Of a DNA stretch of 64,000 nucleotides, positions 40,310 through 53,933 are shown piece by piece. Source of the stretch: Eledone cirrhosa (lineage: Eukaryota). The first letter of the stretch is position 1; every line of letters starts with the position of its first letter. The position numbers and the translations under genes are program-made. The notes below the pieces were generated by a model. That model was not told where the DNA came from, did not search any database, and saw only the letters and a list, made by a program, of their open reading frames with translations. The stretch lies in the NCBI GenBank assembly GCA_964016885.1, contig OZ024740.1, positions 122,822,001-122,886,000 of the forward strand. Direction: 5' to 3'.

Positions 40310-42350
40310 GTTTCCGTCAGTATTGGCCCAGGCCATGTCTAACTTAATAGCACCACCTGGCAAACATCAGCTCAGTTGGCGACATGACTGAAATGTTATT
40401 TGGGTTTGTTATTCAGTAAAATCTTAGGAATTATTGTAACAATACCCCTCCACATCCTCATTGTTCAATTATTTTAGCGCCCTTTTGAACTTGTCCACAA
40501 AGCATTCAGCTTGTCCGTTCGATCTTGGGTGATATGGAGGCGTAGTGATATGGTCAATTGTGAACATCTTGCAAAAATTCTTGAATTCACTTTCCTGAAT
40601 TCACAAAATTGGGCACCGTTATCATACACCAAACCTTGCATAAGGACACCAATCCTTGCATAAAGTTTGTGTAGAAAATTCACTGTTACTGTGGAGGTCG
40701 GTCCTCTACATTTACAAATCTCTGCCCATTTTGTGAAACTGTCCACAACTACTACATAATACGATCTGTTTAACGGTCTTGCAAAACCTATGTATAACCT
40801 GGTCCATGGAATACCAGCCTTCGGCGAAGGTTGAAATTTTGTAAGTGGTGATTTTGCTGCAAGAGCACAGACTCTGCAGGACTTTATTAACTTCTCAATA
40901 TCTAGTCCATTTTTGGCCAGTAAACATAACTCCTCAAAATTGACTTCATCCTAGAAATTCCTGGATATCCAGTGTGGAAATCATTTAACATTTGTTTTTG
41001 TATAGAAACAGCCATTACGACTCTCTGTGCATACATAAGTACATCATCACATATAAAAAACAAGTTTGGATCCGTGTTATATCCAGCAACATGTACTTTT
41101 ACATTAGTTTCTTCTGATCAAATTTTTTGTTTTATTTTAATAATAAATTCGCCTTTTTCTGCCTTAATTTTTATTTCCCTCAATGTGATGGGTAATTCTC
41201 ACATAGTGTTGCATAGTATAGTTTTTATTTCGTTTTCGGCTCTTAAAGCCATGATCACCATGTCTTCTAGTGGTTAACTGTATTTTGGTATTAATCTCGA
41301 CAAACCATCCACCTATCCCAGTTTTTGAGATGGCAAATATTCCATCTTGAAGTTGGAATTCAGAAGGATCGTTACCCAGAACAGCTATCTGTTGGCTATA
41401 TGAGTGGGAATGCCTTTTTTTAACTATAGATCGACAATAATGGGCGGTGGTCTGTTTGTAAGTAGGTATTTCTTCCCTGTATGAATTTATGGACATTTTT
41501 TTACTTCAAATATGATGGGTAATGCTTCTTTTTCTATCTGACAGTAGTTTTTTTCAGTTGGCAATAACATGTTAAACATGAGCTACAGCTTTTAAACTTC
41601 CATCTTCATATTTGTGTAAAATCACAGCATATATACCAATTTCAGTCACGTATGATGCCATCCCAATTTCTAATTTCAGGTCAAACTGTGATAATGCAAA
41701 TCCGAAGTTAGGAGGCTTTTAATTTCCTCAAAAGATTTTTGGCATTTCTCTGTCCAGTTCCATTTAACATCTTTTTTTAATAATTCATTTATTATGTAAA
41801 TTTGGTAGTAATTTGCGAGCCCTGAAAATGCTTGAAACTTTTTAATGTTTGTTGGGGCAGGCATATTTGTTATTGCACTCAACCCTGATAACTTATTATT
41901 GGCATAAAAATTTCACATTTTTCATCACTGAGTGTAAAACCATATTCTTAATTTTTTCAAAAACTTGTTTAACATGCTCAGCATGCTGACCTCGAGATTC
42001 ACTTTTTATGAGTATATCATCGAGGTAAACCACTACAAAATCCAAATCATAGTGTCCATCATTTAAAAAGAAATAGATGGTGCTAATGTTATACCAAAAG
42101 GGAGGTGATTAAATTTATACAGTCTTTTATGTGTGTTGATCACAAATAACTTTGAACATAACTCATCAAATTGAACCTGAAGAATTTCCTCGAATAGGCC
42201 CAACTTGGAAAGAAATTTCCTCCATTTAAGTTTGCAAAAATTTCTTCTGAACATGGTAAAGGGTAATTATATGACATCAAGCATTCATTTAAACCTGTTG
42301 AAAAATCAGCACATACGCAGATTTTCTTTCCTTTTTCTACCTTTTGGGGA
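40310..42350 (-). mobile_element. Decayed Gypsy/Ty3 pol (RT, RNase H, integrase); no LTRs seen
   Basis: INTHKRLYKFNHLPFGITLAPSI, VVYLDDIL, AITNMPAPTNIKKFQAFSGLANYY, LLKKDVKWNWTEKCQKSF, VDSFTKWAE, VYDNGAQF. Confidence 0.85.
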
Positions 42351-42416
42351 CACCCATTCAGGCTGATAAATGATGATGATAATCATAATGATATGTGTGT
42401 GTGTTTCTGAATATAT

Positions 42417-42744
<328 letters not shown>

Positions 42745-42870
42745 AAGTATTGAAGTTTCCATTGAAAATTGAAAAAGTCATAGGAGTGAAGAGTGCTCTA
42801 TGTAAGTTACAGAGCTAAATTTAATGTATAATAAACAATACAATATATTATATTGTATTGTTTATTATAC

Positions 42871-42874
<4 letters not shown>
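42745..42874. mobile_element. Miniature fold-back insertion of the second PLE family
   Basis: 42745-42847 matches 18415-18517; 42849-42874 is the reverse complement of 42822-42847; (TA)n on both sides. Confidence 0.8.
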
Positions 42875-42911
<37 letters not shown>

Positions 42912-43057
42912 GGTATGGCAATAAAGTCTTTAGAATAGTAGGTTGTGTGCCATATATAGCAGTAAGTGTAGTTAATATTGTTTGGTATTTGAAATTTGTT
43001 GTACATGTGTGATATTCTGTATGAATGCTGAATTTTGCATAATTATGTTGTTGTCAT

Positions 43058-43240
43058 TATTGGCAGTATCGGTAGAGGGTTGGATTATGCTTTCCAGCAT
43101 AGTTACGTCCATTTACGATCTCGGTTCTTATTCCCGCCGAGGTTAACTTTGCCTTTCATCCTTATGGGGTCGATAAAATAAAGTACCAGTAATGTACTGG
43201 GATAATTGCTGGCCTTGTGCCAAAAAGTAGAAACAATTAT
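43058..43240 (+). mobile_element. tRNA-derived SINE (family A)
   Basis: tggcagtatcggtagaggg...ccgccgaggttaactttgcctttcatcc...gtagaaacaattatt. Confidence 0.8.
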
Positions 43241-43299
43241 TGTGAGTTTATAATACACGCATTAAATGGATTTATGTCAAGACAATTTTAGAGCATATG

Positions 43300-43600
43300 A
43301 TTTCATTTAATGGAAACAAGGCAAATCAGCAACAAATATTATTGCACAATTGAAAGAGAGTGGAATTAACAACGTACCAGCAAATTCAACCATTTATCAA
43401 TGGAAGAAACAATTCAAAGATGGCAGTAGGTCATCACTTATTCCTGCTCTTCATTCTAGCCTTCCTTACACAACCAATATTCATGCCAACGTTCAACTCT
43501 TTCAAAGTATCATTGATGCAGAACCAAAACAACCATTGCATTGCGATGCACATGTTACTGGAATAAACAAAGAAATGGAATAAAGTAAGAAATTTGGTTT
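43300..43600 (+). mobile_element. Possible mariner transposase N-terminal remnant
   Basis: STIYQWKKQFKDGSRSSL resembles the mariner HTH region; no TIRs identified. Confidence 0.35.
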
Positions 43601-44248
43601 TGCATTAAAAGAGGTGGTGGATGAATCATTGCACTGAAAGAACGGTCCCAGAAAGAGTTAAGATGTTATTGCATTCAATGGGTATTATGTTTAGCAGAAT
43701 AAATACATTTTAGTTTGAAAATGTTGTTCATTTTCATTTAAAGGGTTATTCTAAGAATGTTATTGCCATGTCACATATATATATATTTCAAGTTTAACTG
43801 TTCAAATTTACCCATTATTTTTTTTTCTAAGACCAAAAGAAATATAAAACTGATAATTACAATAAATTCAGGAAGAGATAATAGTAGACTTGTTTATTCT
43901 CTGTGACACAGGAACATCATAGAAAGTGTGATAATGAATTTTTAAATGTAATTGTCTCAAAATTACAATGTGAAAAACAGGACTATATTGCTATTAGTAA
44001 ATCAGTGAAAATTCAATTCGAAGAGAAATGATTTGCTTAGAATATATTCATATAAAAATGTGTCTATGTTTTATTAATTTCATTCTCTTACTTTATTTAC
44101 ACACACATATGCACATATATACATATATATACACACACACATATATACATGCATTGAAATAATAATTTCTCAGTAAATCTTAATTTTCCAAAGGAATTTA
44201 TGCATTTCTTCAGAGAAAATGAAGCATGAATTAATAGTACATGGTACA

Positions 44249-44285
<37 letters not shown>

Positions 44286-44589
44286 GACATGATCCAAAAT
44301 AATGAAATATACTTGCAAACGTCCAATGAAAAGATGTTTAGACATTGAAAGTTTTTATTTTTATGCTTGATGATATCCTATAGTGCTCAGACACCTATAA
44401 TGAAATGTAACTGTAGAATTATTCTTGTAAATAATGTTTTCTTCTATTTTTGAAGGGGTTAATTAATAAGGCCAATTGTGTATGTGCAATGTTGCAAGGT
44501 AGTAGTAAGATATATGTATTTAATGCACAGGGTGAAATCTGGAAAGAAACAAACCAAGTAGGAATAGATAAATGATGTGTGAATAATGA

Positions 44590-44900
44590 AGCACAGATGT
44601 AATGAGTGAAAAACTGTGTATGAGAGGAATTAAATACTGTGTGCAAGAAAGTAGACTCCGCTGTTGCAGATATGTAATGCCTATGAATGATAACAGTTGG
44701 ATAAAGATACACCAGATGTTCCAAGTAGGAGGAAGCTGTGTGAGAGGATTATCAAGAAAGCCATGTGCAGAAGTAGTGAAAGCTAATCTTAGGAGGCTGA
44801 AACTCATAAACGTGATAACACAGGAATGCAACAAATATGGAGATGCTGTTTTGGAGTAAACCTCTCCAACGTATGTAAATATAAAAAAACCAAAAAACAG
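44590..44900 (+). mobile_element. Old RTE LINE 3' fragment
   Basis: EKLCMRGIKYCVQESRLR...RGLSRKPCAEVVKANL. Confidence 0.7.
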
Positions 44901-45269
44901 GAAAATGATGATGACTACCATCATCTTCATGTCTGAAAGTGAATGTATTTGTAATCTTAGTGAAATCTAATGTTTTTATAGGTTGGACAGAGGCCAGGAA
45001 ACATATCACCAAGATTGTTGCATTGTTCAACACCTCAAAGAAAGAGGTGTAAATATTCCGTAAGGTACACAAAATGTAATTTAGGAGATGTAATGGGATT
45101 AAAATAGGCTGAAGAATAAAATAGAATTGGTATGTAGCAGATACACAAGAAAAGAAAGCACTAGAAGCATGCATAACATGGGTTCTCTCAATTGCTTGGG
45201 AGGCTCTCTAGAGTTCATTGACAATATTTGTGGGCGGGGTGACTTAGTTAGCCATGTTTGATATATCAA

Positions 45270-45800
45270 AAAGGGGCGGGCAGAACTTTCATATGGTGCA
45301 CACACAGTAATGTATGGATGCACAGATGTAGTGAGATATCAGGCAGATTGATAGAGAAAATAGACTTTGTATTCATTGGATGATGAGAAGAATCAAGCAC
45401 TTTTCTACAATGGATGAGGAGGCTCCCTAGAAGCTGTTGATGGATTTTGTTACCTGAAGGACCTAGTCTGCAGTTTGGTAGGTACATTAAAAGTTTAGTA
45501 ACCAGAGTAAGAACAAGCTGAAGGAGATTTAGGGAGTTGGTTTTTCTGCTAAAATTGTGGTGCTTCTTACTCAGAATGTAGGTTAGGCTGCATGATGGTG
45601 AGACATGAGTCTTAACTGCAGAGTTCCTGCAAGAGGTGAAGGAAGTGAAACAAGTATGATCTGGCAGATGTGCAATGTTGATATTCTTGAACAAACGTGG
45701 TATACTGAACTGAAAGATAGACTTTGTATGGGAGGAATCTAATGAAGTATGCAAGAGCTATGGACATGTGCTGCACATTGGTGATTACAGCTGTACAGTG
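45270..45800 (+). mobile_element. Old RTE LINE RT fragment
   Basis: Decayed match to the WVHKRCSGISG ... HGSETW region (tggatgcacagatgtagtgagatatcagg, catgatggtgagacatg). Confidence 0.6.
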
Positions 45801-48614
45801 AAGGGCAGAGAAAGAAATCATAGAGGGTGGGACTCATGGAGTTATCATTTTACATTGGAGTTGAATGGTCTTGTGTTACCTTCCGACAAACTTACCCAAT
45901 ACACTCTTCTTTTTACCTCTTTTCACTCATTTATTCCTTCTAATTGACCTTACTTTAAGAATTATGCCCCGTTCTTCTTTCCCAGAATGTCACCTCTCTG
46001 GATTTCCATCCCTGACCATGTTTTCCCTGTAGCCATCAACCTGTAGCAATTGCTTTTATTACTGGATGTCTCCCATGTACGAAGTATTGTTATGTAACAG
46101 TTCCTGTTACATACTTGTTCCATGACATGACACAGTTACTGTAGAAAAGTTTAAACACATAACTATGAAGGTGCATGGCTTCATGGTTAGAGAGTTGGAT
46201 TCACAATTGTAAATTTGTAAGTTCAATTACCAGCTTAGGTGTTGCGCTATGTCTTTGTGCTAGACATTTTATTTCATGTTGCTCTTTCTGTCGGGAGTTG
46301 TAACTGGTAGATAGTAGTACCATTTGGAAAGACCAATGGAAACATTGGATCTGATTAGACGTGCCCCCCACCCAATCAGGTAGTGAATGAGGTCTGGGAT
46401 GTTGTTGATTCAGATTCGGAAATCTGTGGTTTATAAATAGAAAGATAAGTACTAAGATCTTTAATTTGACGATCATAATAACTTTAATCAATGAAAATAT
46501 ATCCATATCAGGAGAGGAATATACTTAATAAAAAGCAAGAGCAGCAACTCTGATTTTTATTTAAAAAAATTTTTTAAATGGGTTAACACGGAATACTTCC
46601 TCTTGGTTAATATTGGAAATAGGCAATGCTATAGTGAAGCAAAGAATAGTTCAAGACCTTAACCAAAGCCATTAGGTTTCTATAGAACTTGCACAAAAGC
46701 AGAGTTGATAACATATTAGAGTTGATTGCTCTGATTACCTGAATGGATTCATTTTTCTAAAGGCAGCATAACATAAACAATCTACAACAAGGATTCAATA
46801 GTGGATTCCTGAACCACTTTAGAAATCTACATCAAAAGATATGTCCACACTTATTTATCATCTGCAAGAACAGGGCATCAAGAACCATATATTGACCATC
46901 ACTGTTACACTCTAATCATATTATCATATTTCATGGATTTTTATATACACCTGAAATAGTGTTATTCTTGAATTGGTATGCATTCACTTCAAATGCTGAT
47001 ATTCCCTTTCTTTGAATTGAAAACTCTGAAATTGAAAGGTAGAATGCCATAACTATCAATTAGCAAATACATGGCAGTATGATCTAAAATTAGGTCGTTC
47101 TTTGATTTGGATAACTGAAATGGTGAGGTTTACAGTTTCTATGACAGTCACTAATTAAAGCTAATTGCTTCATACACTTAACATTGCTCTGTTAGCTTAC
47201 ATTTTCAATGCAAATATACTTCTTCTTATTCATATCCTACTTGTTTCAAATTAGCTATTAAATTATATAAAATAAGAAAGGAGGGTTATAAAAGTCTTAT
47301 TGCTAATCAGAACATTTTGAAAGGTTTTCCATCTATAGTCCTCTTGTCAAAAATAGTAACGATTTTATTTTGTTTTCGTTTGTTTTTTGTAACATCCTAT
47401 TTTGTATGTTTTCTTTATTCATGATAAATAGGTTGATTTTGTCAGTAAATATGGATGTCATCAGTTGTATTTTATGGTGCAGATTTCTTTGTTAGAAAAT
47501 GCTTTGCAGTGTTATAACTTATCAGAAGAGCAATATAAAATGTATGCCTGATTTGCTCTAGTTTAACCCTTCATCCAACATACTAGATAATGTCTTATTC
47601 AGACATTTTGTGGGGATTTCAGATAACCATAAAATCAGCTTAAAAATACCACTCACGTTTGTTAATTTTTTAATTGAAAATAATACATGAAAATTACAAT
47701 TGCATCTTCCTTGCTTTTACTGATGCAAGTTTGTTTATGATATGGTCAATGTGACACTTTCTTCATGTGGCACACATAACATGTGTCATGCTTGCCATAC
47801 CCAAGTTACACCTCTCTGTGGAAGACATGTGAAAATTATTCTTTTTACAACTATGTGCCTGATGAAAAATAATGACTATAATTTCGATCTAATTTTGAAA
47901 AAAAAAAGAAAATTTGGAGTGTTTTACTATTACAATTTTCTCATTACTAAACTGGTGTTTGGAGCATAATTAGATGTTTTTAAATAAAATTAAGATAGAA
48001 CTGTTTTTTTAGAAAATTTATCACTTTAAAATATACAGATTAGTATCTATTGTAAAACCTGGAGCAGTTTCAAACAGTGTGTTATCAAAAGCGTTAATGG
48101 GTAATTTTAAATAGGGTCTACATTTACATTTGACTAGGGATGTTAGGAATTTGCAAGGGAAGTCTGGAAATAATAGGAAGTTTGTTATAGTGATACATAC
48201 GTTTTGATGTTTAAATGAAATTCGAGCCACTATGTTAAGAATAAGTTAAACAGTAAACCAGAGTGCTAATGGTTAGGATGTTTTATTGAGTGAACCCAGA
48301 TTTCTCAACACTCCCTGTCTAACAGAGAGATCTCCCACCCACTTTGTGGTGAATGAGAGATCTCTTCTTTTGTGAAAATGGGTACCGCTTTCATTATGTA
48401 AAATTGCCCCATCTTACCTCATTTCTTCTCATTGCGGGGCAATTTTTTTCATGGTACTCCCCGTTGAGGTTCTTAGAGGTTGGCAGGTCTGGTGAGCCTC
48501 TGACAATCTGTTGAATATTCTTTATCTTAACATGGCTTAATGCATTCAATCTACTGATCTTGAGCTCCTGTCCTAACAACATTTGATTGTATCCCACTAT
48601 CCTGCTTTACCATT

Positions 48615-48966
48615 CATCATCATCATCATCATCACCGTTTTACGTCCGTTCTTCCACGCTAGCATGGGTTAGACGGGTTGTCCTGTTGTGGGCAGTGTCT
48701 GGTCGGCTGACCATGCCTTGCTCATACAGGAACTGATCTGGCTTGATTTCTACAGCTGGATGCCCTTCCTAACACCAACCTCATTTACAGTGAGTGCTGG
48801 GTGCTTTTTCGTGGCGCCTACACGTCCACTTTACAGTGTGGGCTGGGTGCTTTTTTGCCGTGGCACCTCCACGACCACCTTGCGGTGGGGGGAGTGGGGG
48901 CATATTGTCTATATGCTTCAGCATGTACCCATGGGAGGTCGGGTACCCTGTATTACTGCGTGACGC
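48615..48966 (-). mobile_element. Severely 5'-truncated RTE LINE (3' UTR and tail)
   Basis: Near-identical to about 945-1298, with (CAT)n tail. Confidence 0.88.
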
Positions 48967-51004
48967 CAGCATACATTTCTATTTACACTACTCTCAGCTT
49001 GAATCAGCAATTGTTTTACTTTCTTACAGTTTTTAGGAAATTCATACATTAATTATCTTTTTTGTAAGCTTAATTAATAAATATCCCTTTTTGTTTTCCA
49101 GTGATTTTGATGCTGATACACAACAACAAAAAAGCATAAATTTGGGGTAGGATGAATTAATTTACTGCAAGTGTATAAACATTTTAGCTAGGCAAAACAC
49201 AAACACTATCCCTCTGAAATTTTATATAAGTAACTATCACAATTTTCCCAAAACTACTTACTGAATGCATTGCCAATGACAACAAGTGTTTTAAGATCAT
49301 TTACCCTACTAAATCAAGATTTAGCCTAGCAGGCCCTATGATATTTTACTCACCACGGAATCCTTTTTGAGGCACTGTTTTCCAGCCAGATATCCTTCCT
49401 GGGACAAAACATTTTAGTCACCTCATATAACATCCATAGATAAAGTGTAGCTATTCTAAACCGGATAAACACAGACCTACTGAATGCACTAGCTAGAGTA
49501 TGAAAATATGAATAAATAGATTTCAGTACGGCCTAGCCATGGATCATACACTATATAACTTGAGTGGTTTGATAAGTGTTAGAAGCAATACCACTTGTAT
49601 AAGTGTTGCTAAATGTGTAGTAATCTAAAAATAATTTCCCTACTGCGCAAATAGATTAGTTTGGAGACAATAAAACTTATTAATGAATAGAAGAATCAGT
49701 CATTTGATAAGTAAATTTTGTGGAGCCAAACTGAAATAGGTTTGAGTTTTGCATAGTATTAGCTGCATAGAAGGTTCCTGGATTTTGGATTTGGTTATCG
49801 TTACTGCTGTTTTGTAAATAGCAGTGACAAACAAGTCAGTCGGAAATTGAATATTCTAAAAGTTAAATAGACCAGTCATTGTGTGTAGACAAAAATAATT
49901 CCAATCATTTCAGGAAATGGATGTTAATTTGTTATTGAGGAGTAATCTAACATTTTGAGGAGGAGCTTTCCGTTGAAAATCTGCTTGAAACATTATAATC
50001 TCTTCCATAGCAGTATGCTGTACCATAAGATGGTCAGTTCTAAGTTTACTATGATTGATTTCTCACAGAGAGCAGCTACTTTTTTTGTTCTTTATGATGT
50101 TCCATATATATTTAACAAACATTTTCCAACGAAATATACTGTTACTGTAAACCTTTGAGGAAGATCTCTGTGGTAGGTCAACTTACCAGATATAGCATTG
50201 ATATTTTCTTCAAATCAGACCCTGTTATTTTCTTTTTAAAATGAAGAACACTCCCCTTTTTTCTTATTTTTTCTTCTCTTTTTTTTATGTGTTTATATTT
50301 GTATTTACCAACGATATCATATTTGGAATGTTCGTCTAAATGAATTGAGAGCAATTTTTAATGTAATTTATGCATTTGTAATGTTATTTTGTATATATTT
50401 AAAACATATTTGTAATGTTATTTATACAACTGAGAAGAAATAGAAACATTATAGGAAGATTAAATTCTAGACGCACAAAAAGATAGGAAATCATGGCTAG
50501 AATGCTTTTAATTATAAGTATACTCAGTAAAGGATAACATAGGTTAAATAGTAAAAACAAATGGACACTATAATTCATTACACTCCAGATCGTCTGAGTA
50601 TATGAGTGATGCACATTTTGTGAAACTTAAAACAACAAAAGGCAAAGCAAACATCACTAGGCATTGGAACTCTAAATGTAACTGGATACAACTAAATATA
50701 TACAAGATATTTTGTCAAGGATTCTACCAATTCTGTCATTAATACTCTTCTAATGATAATAATTATTATTACTGTACCCATAAATATAGGCAGTGCATTA
50801 GAATTAGTGGTAATGCCAGAGAGCATGCTTTGCAGCATATAGTTATGTCCCTTTACTTTCTAAATTCAAAAACGCACTACAGTAAGCTTAGCCTTTTATC
50901 TTTATGGGGTAGATAAAATAAAGCACCAGAAATGCACTGGGGTTGATTTAATCGACTTTCCCCTCCCCTAAAATTGGTGACCTTGTGCCTAAATCTGAAA
51001 TCTA

Positions 51005-51035
<31 letters not shown>

Positions 51036-51077
51036 GTTCTTAAGAGTCCCAGTCATTGATGTTATTTAACTGGAAAG

Positions 51078-51282
51078 GGGTGAATTGGCAGTGAAGGGCG
51101 GTGAATTGGCAGTATCGGTAGAGGGTTGGACGCCATGCTTTGGCGCATAGAGTTACGGCCCTTGCCATTCTGAGTTCAAATCCCGCCGAGGTTAACTTTG
51201 CCTTTCATCCTTATGGGGTCGATAAAATAAAGTACCAGTAATGTACTGGATAATTGCTGGCCTTGTGCCAAAAGTAGAAACA
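51078..51282 (+). mobile_element. Full-length tRNA-derived SINE (family A) with 17-bp TSD
   Basis: gttatttaactggaaag at 51061-51077 and 51283-51299; duplicated 5' start ggtgaattggcagt; B-box gagttcaaatccc. Confidence 0.88.
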
Positions 51283-51309
51283 GTTATTTAACTGGAAAGT
51301 TTGTTGAAA

Positions 51310-52295
51310 TGAATATCAAGTTGCTACCTGCAGCCTCAGATATTCAGGACGTATCGGAGGGTTCTTGCTGTTCCCAGCAAGCATGCCTTTTGAAATGTTC
51401 CAAAAAGCGGGGCTGGACTAATATTCTTTAACCATCCTTGGAAACTCCTTGAGATAGTACCTAGTGCGCCTATGACAATCCAATCGGGACGACCTTGATT
51501 TCATGGCAGATCCAAATCCTTTTTAACTCCCACTTTAAGTCCTGGTATCGGTTAATTTTCTCCCTCTCCTTTTCTTGCACTCTCGTGTCAAATGGGCAGG
51601 CTACATCTACAATCAGGCACGATCTTTTTTCCTTGTCCAAAACCACCAGGTCAGGCCTATTGTGTTCTAATTTCTTGTCCGTCTGTATCCTAAAATCCCA
51701 TAGCACCTTCACCTGATCGTTTTCTATCACCGACTCTGGCTTATGCTCATACCACTTCTCAGAATGTGGTAAATTGTTTACTTTGCATAGAAGCCAGTGG
51801 ATCACCCTGCCTATCACATCATGTCTCCAGCCTTTATAGTGAGTCTGGGTATGGTGTTTACACTCGGATACAATGTGAGCCACAGTCTCCTCTCTCTCTC
51901 CACAGATCCTAGACAGTGAGCTAGCCTCCTCCTTGTCAATATGGTGTTTCAGCCACTTCGTTCTGAGGGCATGCTCTTGCGCAGCCACTAGCATTCCTTC
52001 TGTAGCTTCTTTAAGGTCTCCTCTTTTTAACCAGTTCCATGTCTGTGGATCTTTAAATTCAGTTATCTTAAAGAAGGTACTATGAAGGATTTTTCATGAA
52101 GGTTGCTCTTCCTCCTTGTTATTTCTCCTTGGACATCCCCTGGTCTATTGTCTTCTCCTTCAGTACAATTTTGAGCATTGGCTCCCTACTGTCAGTCACG
52201 TATTTGTGCAGGTTGTTTTTCTCTATCTGAACACAGTCCTCTATGCTGATAAGAACTCTTCCACCTTCAGATCTCTTTAAGTAGAGTCTATCGAC
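51310..52295 (-). mobile_element. R4/Dong-type LINE 3' part with restriction-like endonuclease (family 1)
   Basis: VDRLYLKRSEGGR, MLVAAQEHALRT, RICGEREETVAHIVSEC, LWDFRIQTD, NRPDLVV..IVDVACPFD, EKINRYQDL. Confidence 0.88.
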
Positions 52296-52325
52296 AAACA
52301 GACCTTGTTATGTTGATCTTTTATA

Positions 52326-53260
52326 TTGGAGCAGAAACTTCTGCATGGCAAATATGTGGCCCGTAGCAAACAAGCTGATGTTGACCAAAAGCACACCCAT
52401 CAGTGGCTACGTAGTTCAGAGCTAAAGGCGGAGAGTGAAGGCTTCATCTTAGATGCCCAAACCAAAGCTTATTGACTCGTAATTACTAGGCCAATATGAT
52501 GATAAACGGAATAAACCCAAAGTGCCGATTCTGCAATGCTGCGGTTGAAACAGTGGATCACTTAGTCTCTGGATGTAAAGTTTTAGCACCAGCAGAATAC
52601 AAATATAGACATGACAGAGTTGGCCAATATCTACACTGGGTAATATGTCGGCATTACAAAATCAAATCTGAAGACAAATGGTACAACCATCACCCTGAGA
52701 CTGTAACTGAATGAGAAAAAGTAACAATTCTCTGGGATTTTCCTGTACATACTGACGACCATAAAAGCAAATAGACCTGACATCATTATAAAAGATCAAC
52801 ATAACAAGGTCTGTTTGTTGATAGATATGAGCATCCCATATGATCACAATATCGCGGCAAAAGAATTTGACAAGCTACGAAAATATAAAGATCTGCTTAT
52901 TGAAAATGAGAAAAGGTGGCACCTCAAGGCCGTTAAAATACCAGTGATTGTGGGAGGACTGGGAATTATCAAGAAAGAGGAACAGAACAATATTTACGAA
53001 TGATTCATGGTTTACCCTCTCTGCATGAGGTGCAAAAAATTGTTTTGACTGGTACTGCACACGTATTGAGAAGAGCACTATCTCTGTAAGATTGATATCC
53101 CTCCTTGTATTTACACTTTTTTTTTATTATAATCAATGTGCTGTATTAACTGGCTTACCAATGCTCACTGTGAATTTATTCGCCCTAGGTGTCAGGAAGA
53201 CACTCGGCATATATCTCATAAACAATAACGAAAGAAAATAAAAATAATAATAATAATATT
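52326..53260 (+). mobile_element. R4/Dong-type LINE 3' part (family 2), inverted relative to its RT half
   Basis: EQKLLHGKY, ESEGFI, KCRFCNAAVETVDHLVSGC, NRPDII, LIDMSIP, KLRKYKDL; ends in (TAA)n. Confidence 0.88.
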
Positions 53261-53269
53261 ATTAATGAT

Positions 53270-53933
53270 AATAATGGTGTTTTTATTGCCCACAAGGATT
53301 GACACGAAGAAAAACATTAGAGACGGCACAGGACAATACAAAGTGCGTTTTGGTCGTGTAAATAGGTTATAACAAGCTAGAAATAAAAAAAAATGCAAAT
53401 AACAAAAATTCCCCAAAATGGGGGAAACCTCCGAGTGTCACTCTTGGCGAAAACCACACAAAAGACCATGGCCAGCCTGACCAACAGGGCAAGCGCCCTC
53501 TCTGTTTTCCCAATCCTCAGTCTACAGGCGCATACTCAGAACGGGCCTGTTCACTCCGACCAGACTCGCCACTTTCACCCACCTTTCAACAAATTTACTA
53601 GAAGACAGCACTTGCCTCCCCACTCTGCTTTTCCTCTTCAAGTGAAACTTGAAAAGGTTAATCAAGGATTGGCCGGAGAGGAATGTGTCCTTTTCAACCT
53701 TGTGCCCCACACAATCACTTTCGCCATGTCCACCAAGCAGATGAAAACTGCCTGCCCTTCCTCATCTTTAACGGAGGATGGCGGGGCTATCTGCACAATG
53801 GACTCACTTGATAACCGGATCCGTCCTACATGCGACAGCAACTGTTCGACATAGCTCCACAAGTCAGCAATACTTGGTCACTGAACGAGTGCATGCAGGA
53901 CGGTTTCGTCGCCCTGGGTGCATCTCGGACAGG
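53270..53933 (-). mobile_element. Tx1/L1-clade LINE 3' fragment
   Basis: CPRCTQGDETVLHAL zinc knuckle, LWSYVEQLLSHVGRI..., aataaa near the 3' end. Confidence 0.75.
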
